Shown one piece after another: positions 13,326-27,045 of a stretch of DNA of 64,000 nt (the stretch's first letter is position 1; every line of letters starts with the position of its first letter). Source of the DNA: Octopus sinensis (taxonomy: Eukaryota); the NCBI RefSeq assembly GCF_006345805.1, contig NC_042997.1:30566001-30630000 (forward strand), written 5' to 3'. The notes under the pieces were generated by a model that was not told the origin of the DNA, ran no database searches, and saw nothing but the letters and a program-made list of their open reading frames with translations. A program made the position numbers and the translations under genes.

Positions 13326-14689
13326 TTTATGCACGTATACCCTCACACATACGCGCTCACCCACACATACATATTTGCACATATATCAACAAACATTCTC
13401 TTGCCTTTAGAAGCCACAATTACCTCTCACACTCCCTAACTCTCTCCTTTCCTATGTATTTTTTCTCTGTTTTTCTCCTCTTACCTAAACTTTTCTATTT
13501 GTATCTGACGGTCAATCCTCGAAATGTTACACTTTTACTCTATACCTTTCATTTTATAACCTTTTTCTTCTTTGAGCGTCAGTCTAGTGTTAACTGTGAA
13601 CGTGCCTTGAACGTTTTACTGGGTTTTTTTGTATTTTTGTTTTGATATATAAAGGAAAAAATGACACAGGAAAAACAATAGTCATGTTCGAGGCTCCGAT
13701 GAAGTTATAAGATATTATCCAGGCACTCAACTAATAGTCCACCGCATCTTATAGCAGAAACAGCTATAATAACATAACCATTGTCATCTCTTTTTCTTAT
13801 TACCGCTCTATACTCATCTAACACTTGTTCAGAAATATGCGTATATTGAGTTCTACACCAGATTATTAGTCTCGCAAAGCGAAATATACATGACATTATA
13901 ATCACTATCTTGGGACAGCACAAAAACAATCTGCCTTATAATGAATCCCAAGCTGCGTGTCTATTGCCTGCCGGGTAACCGCGCGTTACCGATAACATTA
14001 CACTTTTGACTGTGCTCTGTCAGACTACACGCTTTTATAAATGTGTTACTGTTATAACTTAACACTTCTACGCCTACAAATATCTCATTTTCCATTGATG
14101 ATTTGTAGATAGGCATTCAGCTACGTCTTCACATGGTAACATCTAACATTTCGATTCGATGTTTATTACAAAAATTAACCCCTGATATATGAATGCATAA
14201 CTTTCATGGCCTAAATATTACGTTAGAGCTTTTAAAAACTTTTGTTCGATCCCTATCAGCCGTTTAGTTTTTGTTTTTGTTTGGTTTGTTTGCTTTTATT
14301 AGTTTTTGCTTTGTTGAGCGCAGGGTTAATTGGTCTGCTTTTTGGGTGCAGCCTTTTACGTTCTGAGTTCAAATTTCGTTTTGATCTACTTCGTATTTCG
14401 CACTTCTTAATTCCATAAAATAAATACAGACCATTAAAATGAATACTGAAATCGATATAATCAGTTTTAACTCCTTAGAGGCAATACCCAACATGGCCAC
14501 AGTCTACTGATTAAAATCAGTAAAAGAATCTCAAATTAACCGCTAAAGTTTTTAATATAATTAGTAGAAATAGAACAACAAACGTATCTGAGAACAGCTT
14601 CATATTTATATATCTAAACTTTCTAGTTCGTTTATTTTAAAACCATTTCAAATGTATATATTAGCTTAATTTATTTTAAAAATCACACA

Positions 14690-14711
14690 CACATATGTAT
14701 GTGTGTGTATG

Positions 14712-14747
<36 letters not shown>

Positions 14748-15346
14748 ACATATATATATATATCACATATATATATATATATTACATATATATATACATA
14801 TATATATATATATACATATATATGCATATATATATATACATATATATGCATATATATATACATATATATGCATATATATATATACATATATGCATATATA
14901 TATACATATATATATGCATATATATATGCATATATATATATATTACATATATATATACATACATATATATATTTATATACACATATATATATACATATAT
15001 ATATACATATATACAATATATATACATATATATGTATATATATATATATAATATATATATACATATATAATATATATATATATATACATATATATGTATA
15101 TACATATATACATATATATATATACATATATATGTATACACATATATATACATATATATATACATATATATATACATATATATACATATATATTATACAT
15201 ATATATATATACATATATGTATATGTTATATATGTATATATATATATATGTACATATATATATATACATATACATATATATATATATACATATATATACA
15301 TATATATATATATACATATATATATATACATATATATACATATATA

Positions 15347-15381
<35 letters not shown>
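14690..15381. repeat. Compound (TA)n/TACA microsatellite
   Basis: Direct inspection. Confidence 0.95.
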
Positions 15382-15382
<1 letters not shown>

Positions 15383-16439
15383 ATTTGTACAATTTCGTTG
15401 TTATGTATCAATTTCTTACTAAAACATTTTTCTCATGGGTATTAACTACTTAGGGGAAATGAATTAGCTTCAACTTGAAACTAAAATTCTTAAGTTTCTG
15501 TTACGTTCAGCGGATAAAGATGCAAGTTTACTGTATTGGTGCTTTATAGTATTGTACCTACACTAAATATACTAAGCTGAAGCAATGTAGAACTAAATAT
15601 CGTACCCAGTCTATTGCCAAAACATCATAAATAACACTTGATACCATATCCCATGAGAGGGTAAGTTTAATATATAACCCCTCGTGGAAATTATTGATAA
15701 GTGGCAAATGTCTATTAAATGAAATTTCTAAAACGCTAATAAAGCAGGAAAATAGAGAGAGATGGAGAGAGATGTGACGGAAGGAAAGGAAAAGAGATAT
15801 AAGGATGTTTTGTAGAATATTAGTTAATATATATTTTGACGAGCTGGCCGAATCGTTAGCACGCCGGGAGAAATGCTTAGCGGCGTTTCGTCCGTTTTCA
15901 TATTTAGAGTTCAAATTCCGCAGAGGTCGGCTTTGCCTTTCATACTTTCGAGATTGATAAAAGAAGTACAAATTGGGGTCGAGTTATTCCATTCTCCGAC
16001 ATTGATGGCCTGCACCAAAATTTGAAATCAATATATATTGTTACCAATGATGTGCGTCTTTGAATAAGGTAAATTATTTGTGAGTTTAGTTCGCACCATC
16101 ACTTCGATTCTCGGCTGAAATACGTATCAATTTTTTATCTATTTATTAATGCAGTTCAATAGGATCGTTTCGATGTTGCTAATCAGCCGACTACTGTATT
16201 TGTATCAGGGTGCAAACGTACGATGATAATGTTACTGATGAAATGTTGATGCAAAATCTCTCGATGTGTCTTGAGCAACTTCAAAACGATCAAACGGGAT
16301 AGCATTAATGCTTAGATGGAGACATGTATACATCTATACAAACGTTTATATACACACATATATATATAGTAATCTCTCCCACGCCCTATCGCGATTTATT
16401 ATTTAAGCTTACATCAATTCCTCCATGGTGTTGTTTTGC

Positions 16440-16631
16440 ATTTACAATAAAAGAGTCCCAGATTAACCTACCTCACGGCAAGAGGTGCAAATGAGAGTAG
16501 CTGTATCAAACTCCATTCTTCACCAAGTGCCACATATTAGACGAGGTTCGTCGCAATAACAGTGTAGCACAAAACGGCGGTGCATCAGCATGGCCGCAGC
16601 TCTGAGCTGAAACTAGGGAAAAAAAAATAAT
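16440..16631 (+). mobile_element. CR1/L2-type LINE 3' end
   Basis: PTSRQEVQMRVAVSNSILHQ then GGCGGTGCATCAGCATGGCCGCAGCTCTGAGCTGAAACTAG and poly(A). Confidence 0.7.
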
Positions 16632-16683
16632 ATGCAAATTATAAAAATATTTTTTTTAAATATACAGTACAGTACTGTTTCTA

Positions 16684-16720
<37 letters not shown>

Positions 16721-16725
16721 CAGAC

Positions 16726-16770
<45 letters not shown>

Positions 16771-18181
16771 CTGTATGCTTCTAAAATAAAATACCAATAA
16801 CACTGATAGAGCAAAGCTTTCCCGTACCTGCAAAACAAGAATGCGTATTGAGATATTTTGATATGTAATAGATTCTGATTTCAGCGATCACAAAGTGTCC
16901 TTTCATACGAGATCAGTAACCAGCGCCGAGTCGCTTGAACCCATGGTTATGTAGAAATTATTAGGTCAGTCCTTTCTAGTCCAGTTATTACCTTCGAATT
17001 CAATAATAGTTTTCCTAGCTGCTAATAGAGTATCTAATTCTTGTCTAGATAATTTAGATTTCTTGTTTGTGTTCAACATCGAGGTTGGTAGCTGTAGCCT
17101 TTCTTTTATAGAAGCACTAGAAATCCTTGAATGTACATCTAACTTAATTAACGAACGTAGCGAATTACTGATCCATTTACACTGATTCAATAAAATACTC
17201 ATAAAAATTCCGATTAGCTAATTAATTAAATTGAATGTTTAAAACAGCGTCCTTATTCTTCGTGTCAATTACAGCTTTATCGCTCGTGAATCTATAAGTG
17301 TTTCACATCTCGGATATCACCGCTTAAATAATTTCTCACAGAACATACCAATATATAAATTTAGCTCAATTGTAAATTATCTTAACTTCTCTGGCATTAC
17401 CTAATATCGATCTCATAAATTATGTGGTGAACCCTTATTTTAGCTCCTTTTCCTTAACTTTGGTTTGTATTTCAGTCATATTCTAATCGTGTTATTCTTC
17501 TTTATAATTTTTATCTTTTCATTAATGGCACCACTCTGAGAATATTTAGAAGTAATCTGTGTCTTTGAACCTTTTTGTTTCCATTCTTAACTTCTTACCC
17601 CTCAAAATTTAATATACAATTTACAATAAATTAGACGGTTCTCGAATTATGAATATTCGTGACCCCAGCAGTTTACAATTGCCTTAGCGCTGAGAAATAA
17701 TAAAGCAGTCTGTTTCTATATAGTCTTCCTACTTGGGTGAATTTCTGAGAGCGTGTTTATAATTCATTACTGCTGGTTGTGATTTATTACTTTGCCTTCT
17801 ATGCCCTTCCTTCGTTCATTATATTAATAGGTTCAATTCTGATATGTAAACCCGTGCCTTTTTTCGACGTTATCTTTCTAACTAGTCTGAAGAAATAATT
17901 AGTAAAATTGTCGTAATATCGTATAGCTTCACATGAATTCTTACATATTGACTGATAAAGAAATTTCTGTTGATTATTGAAGCAATTGTCACAGATTATA
18001 GAATGTAAGACCGTTATCTTTGTTCCTTTGTTTACTCTGCTATGAATGTACAAGCCTCATAACCAGTACACTTGCGTAGATTTAGAATTTGTATGTAAGG
18101 TTATTTGGATTATGCGAACACTTTCTCTTGATTTTATTCCTTATGCATTCTGTTTAAAAATTCTCTCTTTATTTTGCTTAG

Positions 18182-18312
18182 GAAAGAAGCAATGTATGCT
18201 CTACTGTGTCAATAACAACGACAATAAAGCTCACCGAATGAGGTATGCAGTTGATGATGGCACATTGTGTAATACAATATCTAATGATGTTTGTATCAAA
18301 GGTGTATGCACA
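18182..18312 (+). CDS. ADAMTS exon: Cys-rich domain (KKQCMLYC...AVDDGTLCNTISNDVCIKGVCT)
   Basis: Acceptor ttttgcttag, donor gtaagt; V-DGT-C and VC--G-C motifs; phase 1-0. Confidence 0.95.
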
Positions 18313-18777
18313 GTAAGTATCAACTTGATCCTGCTAATGTCAACCACTACGCATATCAAAGAACAGAAGACATATTTGATCTTTTCTTATATTTTAATAA
18401 TATTAAACACAAATTTTTATTATCTAAAACAAGAAAGAGATCCATTTTTGGAGCAATTTTTAAAACTGGATGAAGGCAAATTACGAGATTTATACAAGCT
18501 AGTTCTGTATTATTAAGTAAATGAATATACTTCCTATTCGTATTATGTATTTGCAGAACAAATCAAAGGTTTGTAAATGCAATAAAATTGAAACGGTTTC
18601 ATAAAAATACTCAATCTGCTACTCATGCTATGATGATCATTATTTTCACTGTTGTACCACTGAATACTGGGTCCTTGGTGTCATTCCTAATAATCAACTC
18701 TATTAATTCTTTTACCGGACTTTCCTATAACTTTAGATTAAAAATAGATCTCTTCATATATTCATACATGTATTCCT

Positions 18778-18843
18778 CTGTGTGTGTGTGTGTGGTGTGG
18801 TGTGTGTGGTGTGTGTGTGTGCGCGCGCGCGCGCACACACACA

Positions 18844-18900
<57 letters not shown>

Positions 18901-18921
18901 ACACACACACACACACACACA
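18778..18921. repeat. (GT)n-(GC)n-(AC)n self-complementary tract
   Basis: Direct inspection. Confidence 0.95.
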
Positions 18922-20994
18922 TGTAACGCCAGAGTTTGGAGAAAATATTGCGAGTGAGAGGAATAATTCGTTTCTACCAGACAATTGTCAATGAATCGCT
19001 GTTTTCATTTATCTCAGTGGTGAATTCTGTAGGAGCAACTGTAAGTTCTTTAATGGATATAGAGCACAATCCATTTTTGATAGTGTAACGCAAATTTATA
19101 CGACATATCGTTAAAATAGGCTTGAGAAAGACTTGACTTCCTCCACATCACATTTCTTCTCTCTCCCTCTACTTTAAAGCATAGAATATTTGCACCTCGT
19201 CAAAAACAAACGTGTGTGTGTGTGCAGGGATTTAGAATCACAAATCAGGTCAGACGTTGTTTATGACTCCAGATGAAGATATTTCATTTTGCTTACGTCA
19301 TTAAAGATCTTGAGAATCATATGGTCCTTTACCTTGTCTCTCACCCTCATTTCTCTAATAATACTAATCCATGTGTATCGAATTGAAACGAAAGCCATAT
19401 ATGTTATAATTATCAATTAAAAATGCGTAACTCATCGTCATTCTTCGTGTTTTTTAACATACTCTGGAACCGTATGGAGAATTCTTCGAAGTCAACATTG
19501 GATTTTCTAACTGAACAAGAGTACAAGAGTAATTATAAGGTTTACACGGATCTAAATGTTTCTCACTGGTCGATCTAGTGAGCAAAGTTTGGGTTACAAC
19601 AGAGTGCTTTAAAAGTACTCATCTAAATTTGAAAATTCATATTCCCTTGACACACATGCTTTTCTTCCGACTATCAGCTCCTCCCTTCTTTTCTTCTTCT
19701 CTGGACATTTTCCTCTTCTCGGCGAAGTTCTATGCTCGAAGCGTCATTTCTACTCCTATTTTTCCGTTAAAAACTTTCACCGAGCGTCAATGAAGTATAT
19801 TTACTGAGTACGTCCAATTGACTTCTGTTGTTTTTTACTATTTTTTTTCGTTTGTTCTTGAATTTGCTTATATGGCCGGTCATTCTAGCGAATTTTCGAT
19901 TCGGTGTTCGGGGCGATTGCAGCCCCTATCAGAATGTCATGCGCTTTATAACAGCCTTAGAGCATTTTAGCTCTTACTTCTAACGATGTAGGTGTCTTGA
20001 CACCCTTAGTCACCCTAGTCACGTTTAGTTGACTATAATTCTCTTTTACGGTATAACATTGCAACGAGCTCTGTGTGTATGTATTGTGTGTGTATATGTG
20101 TATTATGTATTTCTATATCACGGTAGGGCTTCTAGAGAGGAAGAGAAGAAATCATCCTCTTCGAGTCCTGTAATGGCCCAGATAGCAACCAGTAGCTGTG
20201 GGTTAACTGCCAGCTAATAGAGTAAGCCCCGCGAAACTGAATCCCTTCTGTGTCTAATGGTGGGCCTCCAGCGGAGAACTCCTTCCAGTTCTAACTAGCT
20301 GTGATACTTTGCAATTTAAGATGCAATAGGAAACAACGCATTGATATATCGATTTATCTTCAAATCAAAAATCTGGTCCATATACTTGCAACAATGTGGA
20401 CCACACTAAAAGTACCCAAGGACCATGAGGAGGAGTAATACAGGATGACAAATTAAGTCTGCCCCTCTTTGGTAACATATATTGGTCATGGTGATTAATC
20501 GTGACAATAGCACTAAGGAACGTACATCAGTAGACTCAGAGCCTTCTCTGTTCTACGATGGTTCTTTGCATTCGGTACACCCAGACAAGTTGCTTTTACT
20601 GCACATTTAGAATCCATGTGTCTTCTCGAGGTGATCCACGTCTCTATTTTGAGGCTCACTGTAGTGTGCATGGAAGCTTACACTGTTTGCGGCTATGACA
20701 AGTAATTCAACGCCTGGATCTACTTAGCACTAAATAGATACTATAAGTTACTGTACAATTTAATGCTCCATAATGCCACAGTACTGTAAAATTGGCGAGT
20801 GTCCTGCGTTTGCTTCAGTGCCAACGCTGATAAAAATCTACCGGCGATAGATCAACATCCTATTTGATAGAGAAATATACTTGTCTTACTTAATGTTACG
20901 GAAATAAGACTTCAATTCGTTCAGTAGTTTCTTTGCAATTTGTAAGGGTTAGGTCAGCTTATATTTTTCATCATAATATACGAAATTTGCATTT

Positions 20995-21024
20995 ATTATG
21001 ATAATAAGAATTATTATTATTATT

Positions 21025-21082
<58 letters not shown>

Positions 21083-21139
21083 CCACCACCACGACCACCA
21101 TCAGCATCATCATCATCATCAACATCATTATTATTATTA

Positions 21140-21174
<35 letters not shown>

Positions 21175-21660
21175 TTTATTATTCTTATTATTAATTATTA
21201 TTATTATCATTATCACTATTATTAATATTATTATCATTATTATTATTATTTTTTTTATTATTATTATTATTATTAATTATTTTTATTATCATTATCATTA
21301 TTATTATTATCATTATTATTATTATTTTTATTATTCTTATTATTAATTATATTATTATCATTATCACTATTATTATTATTATTATTATATCATTATTATT
21401 ATTATCATTATTATTATTATCATTTTTATTATTATTATTATTATTAATTATTATTATTATCATTATCATATTATTATTATCATTATTATTATTATTATTT
21501 TTATTATTCTTATTATTAATTATTATTATTATCATTATCACTATTATTATTATTATTATTATTATCATTATTATTATTATCATTATTATTATTATTATTT
21601 TTATTATTATTATTATTATTATTAATTATTATATTATTATTATTATTATTATTATTATTA
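20995..21660. repeat. (ATT)n/(ATC)n trinucleotide array with higher-order repeat
   Basis: Block TTTTTATTATTCTTATTATTAATT..TCATTATCACT recurs three times. Confidence 0.95.
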
Positions 21661-21668
21661 TCTTCCAG

Positions 21669-21792
21669 CATGTTGGATGCGACTTACAGTTGAACTCAAC
21701 AGCAAGATTAGACAGGTGTTGTGTTTGTGGTGGAGATGGGTCTAGTTGTACTTTTACTCGTACAACTTTCAACGCTCAAGGCAAAATGTACG
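21669..21792 (+). CDS. ADAMTS exon: end of Cys-rich domain and start of spacer (HVGCDLQLNSTARLDRCCVCGGDGSSCTF...)
   Basis: Acceptor tcttccag, donor gtaagt; VGCD...D-CxVCGGDGS-C motif; phase 0-1. Confidence 0.95.
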
Positions 21793-22042
21793 GTAAGTAA
21801 ACTTTTACAGTATAATATATTTAACCTACGAGCTCATCTTAGAAGCTAGCACTCTCCTGTAATTTTGTGTACATTGTAAAGGCTACATACGCTGTTATTC
21901 TAATCTAATGCTGTTTCAAGTGCATATTTTCACTAAATTCTTGCCTGACCAGAATTTAATCAATATATGCATCAATGTGTACAAGTTTTGTTTTCTGATT
22001 TCTATATCAGAACAAATATTTTTCAGTTAAGCTCAGAATATA

Positions 22043-22448
22043 GGCGCAGGAGTGGCTGTGTGGTAAGTAGCTTGCTTACTAACCACATGGTTCCGGGTTC
22101 AGTCCCACTGCGTGGCATCTAGGGCAAGTGCCTTCTACTATAGCCTCGGGCCGACCAAAGCCTTGTGAGTGGATTTGGTAGACGGAAACTGAAAGAAGCC
22201 CGTCGTATATATATATATATATATATGTGTGTGTGAAAGTGTATGTTTGTGTGTCTGTATTTGTCCCCCTAGTATTGCTTGACAACCGATGCTGGTGTGT
22301 TTATGTCCCCGTCACTTGGCAGTTCGGCAAAGGCGACCGATAGAATAAGTACTAGGCTTACAAAGAATAAGTCCCGGCGTCGATTTGCTCGACTAAAGGC
22401 GGTGCTCCAGCATGGCCGCAGTCAAATGACTGAAAACAAGTAAAAGAG
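22043..22448 (+). mobile_element. SINE family A, full length
   Basis: Same head and tail as 1266-1674. Confidence 0.9.
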
Positions 22449-23044
22449 AAAAGAAAAAGTGTAAAGAGATATCCGTGGGTGTTAGTCACTGAGAAGACCA
22501 AATAAGATCGAAACACCGGGTTTCACAACCCACTGACGACATTCTGAGCAAACCTTGTGTCTTTGAACACAAGCCACTTCTAGAAAATACTACAGATAGC
22601 GCCGCTATGCTTTTGTATGTACACATTATTGCAATTATTGTGTATTTTAGTTTATCTTGGATAGACTAAAGGCTAATATTTCTTTTCGAAAAGTTTATTA
22701 TCGATCCACTGGGGGTAAACGGCAAAATCCACTCCCATGAGATTTGAACTAAAAGATTCAAATACATATTAATTTGTCCTCCAATTTAATTCCTTATTAA
22801 ATATCGCTGGATGGGTCTGTGAATGTCAGAATATGTTGAGTGACAGAGAAAATGTCTTTGGATATTTGGTTGTTCAGAGTTCGTATTCTTCGAGAGTCGA
22901 TAACATAGACACTAAACAAGAATTTGCCCAAAGAAGAATACGGTCGACTGAATAAATTTCAATACACAACTGATAATCTTAGACTCATTTACTTATTATA
23001 TTTGTCAAAGAAACATACTGGAGTTGTTGTTGTTATGTTACTTT

Positions 23045-23253
23045 CAAATTTTGCTACAAGGTCAGCAATTTTCGGGAGAGGGGTTTAATCGATTACATCG
23101 ACCTCTGTATTCAACTGGTACTTGTTTTATAGAACCCGAAAGGATGAAAAGCAAAGTTGACCTCGGCGGAATTTGAACTCAGAACGTAAAAAGCGGCCGA
23201 AACGTCGTTAAGCATTTTCCCAGCATGCTAACCATTCTGCCAGCTCGTTGCCT
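23045..23253 (-). mobile_element. SINE family B, older copy
   Basis: Reverse complement of head and core. Confidence 0.8.
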
Positions 23254-23279
23254 TTGTTACTGTTGTTATATTTGTTAGT

Positions 23280-23662
23280 GGAGGCGCAATGGCCCAGTGG
23301 TTAGGGCAGCGGACTCGCAGTCATAGGATCGCGGTTTCGATTCCCAGACCGGGCGTTGTGAGTGTTTATCGAGCGAAAACACCTAAAGCTCCACGAGGCT
23401 CCGGCAGGGGATGGTGGTGATCCCTGCTGTACTCTTTCACCACAACTTTCTCTCATTCTTACTTCCTGTTTCTGTTGTACCTGTATTTCAAGGGGCCGGC
23501 CTTGTCACTCTCTGTATCACGCTGAATATCCCCGAGAACTATGTTAAGGGTGCACGTGTCTGTGGAGTGCTCAGCCACTTACACGTTAATTTCACGAGCA
23601 GGCTGTTCCGTTGATTCGGATCAACCGGAACCCTCATCGTCGTAACAGACAGAGTGCTTCCA
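23280..23662 (+). mobile_element. SINE family C, tail type 2
   Basis: Same head; 11-bp TSD TATATTTGTTA (23267-23277 and 23663-23673). Confidence 0.9.
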
Positions 23663-23726
23663 TATATTTGTTAACATTATTGTTGTTGTTGCTGCTTTAA
23701 AACTGTCTGTTTGCAAATCTTTCTAG

Positions 23727-23983
23727 GAATCGTGGATCTCGTCGTGCTTCCAGAGGGAGCCTGTTCGGTAACGATCACGGAAAGATCTGTAACAAAGAAT
23801 TCTTTAGCCATTGCAAATGTTGCTCGAACTTACCAATTTAACTACCGAGGAAATATCGACGAAGGAAAACACATTCTCAACGGTCAATCGATCAGTTACA
23901 AAAAGACACGGGGTTACAATATCTACAAGACAATGGATTCTATAAAGATAGAAGGTCCTTTGAAGGAAAGCATTAAGGTGCAG
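23727..23983 (+). CDS. ADAMTS exon: spacer domain (IVDLVVLPEGACSVTITE...IKIEGPLKESIKVQ)
   Basis: Acceptor ctttctag, donor gttagt; P-GA and I-GP--E spacer motifs; phase 1-0. Confidence 0.95.
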
Positions 23984-24368
23984 GTTAGTAAGTACCTGGC
24001 ATAAATTACGGCCAACCTTATACATTGTAAGACTTTAGTACCAGCAAAAAAAATAAAAGGAAGATATGTATTTGAATTTTTCTTGTTATAAATCACATTT
24101 AAACAAACATTTTTATTCTCACACTGTATTTGACATATACTTGATTTTACATGACTGATATATATACTAATTCATATTTATAATGTATAATTTATAAATT
24201 TTAATTCTGAAAATTACAATTTTTAATTAATTTTTAATCTTTAATGCTTAATTGTATTGCTTATTTTTAAAGGGATGTAAAATTAGGTATATAATATTTT
24301 GAAATGGAACCTGAAGTTGTGTTGGAATAATTGTACATCTGACGATTGCATATATGTATTTATATATT

Positions 24369-24434
<66 letters not shown>

Positions 24435-24902
24435 ATATATATATAGGTATACAGTTGTGTATATGTATGTGTATTGTAATCTTCCAATACTGAAACACGT
24501 GTAGTTCCTTCATATTAATAAAAATAGATATTAAGTAAAGTAGAATATAATTAATGAAGTATATTATATACCCTGCTGGTAATTTTGGTTATATCCTTTA
24601 AGTATTATTTCGTGATGTGCAAACTGATACCTTGAGTTTACTGTCAGATATAGTCATTAAATTATTTTTGTATTATCTGAAATAGAATACCTGCATATCG
24701 ATTAATCCCCAAAAATTTAATTAATATTGACTTTTATCAGATACTTTGTACGAGAAATGAAGTGCGTTGTACAGAAACACAACGTGCTACCCGGTCCAAG
24801 GGCTAAACACCCTATTTTATGAGCCTAACCACGACATGCAGTACATACTATATGTAACAAAACCTTAAACACAGATATAATAACTAATAGCCATTAGTTA
24901 TA

Positions 24903-25288
24903 TTTTACTTGTTTCAGTCATTTGACTGCGGCCATGCTGGGACACCACCTTGAAGGGCTTTTAGTCGAACAAAATGTACCCCAGGACTTATTTTCTTTAA
25001 GGCCCGATACTTATTCTATCGATCTCTTTTGCCGAACCGCTTAGTTATTGGGATGTAAATACACCAACACCGGTTGTCAAGCCGTAGTGAGAGACAGACA
25101 CACACGTGCGTGTGTGCGTGTGCACACATATACTACGGGATTCTTTCAGTTTCCGTCTACCAAATCCACTCACAACGCTTTGGTCGGTCCAAGGCAATAG
25201 TAAAAGACACTTGCCGAAGGTGCCATGCAGTGGGGCCGGAACCCAGAACCATGTTGTTGGGAAGCAAGCTTCTTACCACACAGCCGCC
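24903..25288 (-). mobile_element. SINE family A, diverged copy
   Basis: Same body and tail. Confidence 0.85.
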
Positions 25289-25373
25289 TTCATTATTCCT
25301 CAAGAAATTTGCCGTTCTACTGGTACATGAAACACTTTTACTGTTATTTTCTTATCTTCTTTTTGTCCAACAG

Positions 25374-25430
25374 TTGTATTATGTCGAACGTAACCCAGGA
25401 GTTGTCGTTTCCTACTCAAAACCTAAATCG
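25374..25430 (+). CDS. ADAMTS exon: end of spacer (LYYVERNPGVVVSYSKPKS)
   Basis: Long pyrimidine tract ending caacag, donor gtaagt; NPGV---Y motif; phase 0-0. Confidence 0.9.
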
Positions 25431-25534
25431 GTAAGTTTAACCTATATCGCCTTTAAAAAAATTACAAACTCTTATCCATGCTTGCCTTAGCATCTATTCA
25501 CCAACCTTGTGTGTGTGTGTATGTGTGTATGTGT

Positions 25535-25575
<41 letters not shown>

Positions 25576-25688
25576 ACCGTCACCGTCACCGACCAGGCCT
25601 TCAGATGTTGCTACACATCGCTGGTCACAATGCGCTTCACATTGTTTTAGCCTCCAAATGACGCCACCCCGCTGGCTAAGCGAGCAGG

Positions 25689-25772
<84 letters not shown>

Positions 25773-25854
25773 GAAATTTACAAAAAAAAGATGAAGACAG
25801 GTATATAAAAAACAAGCAGGTGTATTAGTTTGACGCTCGGGAAGGTGAGAAAGT

Positions 25855-25890
25855 CTTTTACGTTTCGAGCCTACGCTCTTCAACAGAAAG
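25855..25890 (-). ncRNA. Minimal type I hammerhead motif with A6U lesion, in a Penelope-like LTR fragment
   Basis: CTTT-CTGTTGA-A-GAGC(GTAG)GCTC-GAAA-CG-TA|AAAG. Confidence 0.65.
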
Positions 25891-26043
25891 GAACACGAGG
25901 TAATAAACAGAGAGAATTCTAAAAAAACTTTTGGATTTAGCGGTCAATCATGGTGACTGGTTGGAAAAAGGTAGTTGGACAGGAGAGCTAGGAAGAAGGG
26001 GAGATAATAAAGTACTGGTGATCCCAAAATGAAGGTGCGTGTG

Positions 26044-26088
<45 letters not shown>

Positions 26089-26198
26089 GTGTGTGTGTTG
26101 TTGTTTGTGTGCGTGTGTGTGCGTGTGTGTGTGTGTGCGTGCGTGTGGATAGGGGCTAGTGACTTTGACATGCGTTAAATACGTTTCATAATGTATGT

Positions 26199-26248
<50 letters not shown>

Positions 26249-26857
26249 TGTATTTGCATTTGTGTGTATGTGTGGCCAAACAACAACATCAGCAACGAGT
26301 GACATGGATATTACTCTTCCAGACATCACTATCCCGTCTAGAACTATATTAGCCAATATTACTGTTCTAGCTTCTTTTTTTATGATGAGAATGTGTTAGT
26401 TGACGGGGATTTTTAGCAGATTGGTTGATTGTGTAATGATTTCTAGTTGGCTCTTAACAACGTTAACAGCTGGGGAATATAGATAGATTGGTAAGTAGAG
26501 AAAAGACATGTCCAGACAGCAGTATTGCATCGTATACCTTCAACTACTGTATGTCAATGTGTGCAGTAAGATCCTTGAGTGAAGCAAGACACAGAATATC
26601 CGGAAAAATAAAGGTACGGGACACACCAAGTAGTTTCTCTCACTGCCTTGTGCTTCATTTTCTGCTCCGTCAGAACTGAATTTGTTTTGTACAACAACAA
26701 CAACTATATTTCTTCCCTTACGTTGTCAAACTGCAGTTAACTCTCTAGTCGGACCCATTTTCGTTGAAGCAATACTGCTATTATTAATAGTTATTATGAG
26801 ACGCCGAGCATTGGCGTCGATGTTAGACCATGAACCTATAGTAGAAATAATTATTAT

Positions 26858-27045
26858 AAGGCTGGCAGAATCGTAAGCACGCCGGACAATATACTTAGTG
26901 GCATTTCGACCGTCTTTACATTCTGAGTTCAAATTCCGCCGAGGGCGACTTTTCCTTTCGTCTTTACGGGGTGGATGGAGTACTGGAATCAGTGTAATCG
27001 ACTTGACCCTCCCCACAAAATTTCAATCTTTGTGCCTATACTAGT
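26858..27045 (+). mobile_element. SINE family B, older copy
   Basis: Head GCTGGCAGAATCGT and core. Confidence 0.75.

Noticed and set aside
13705-13929. Minus-strand ORF weakly resembling a Penelope GIY-YIG region
   Set aside because: Diagnostic residues not recognisable with confidence
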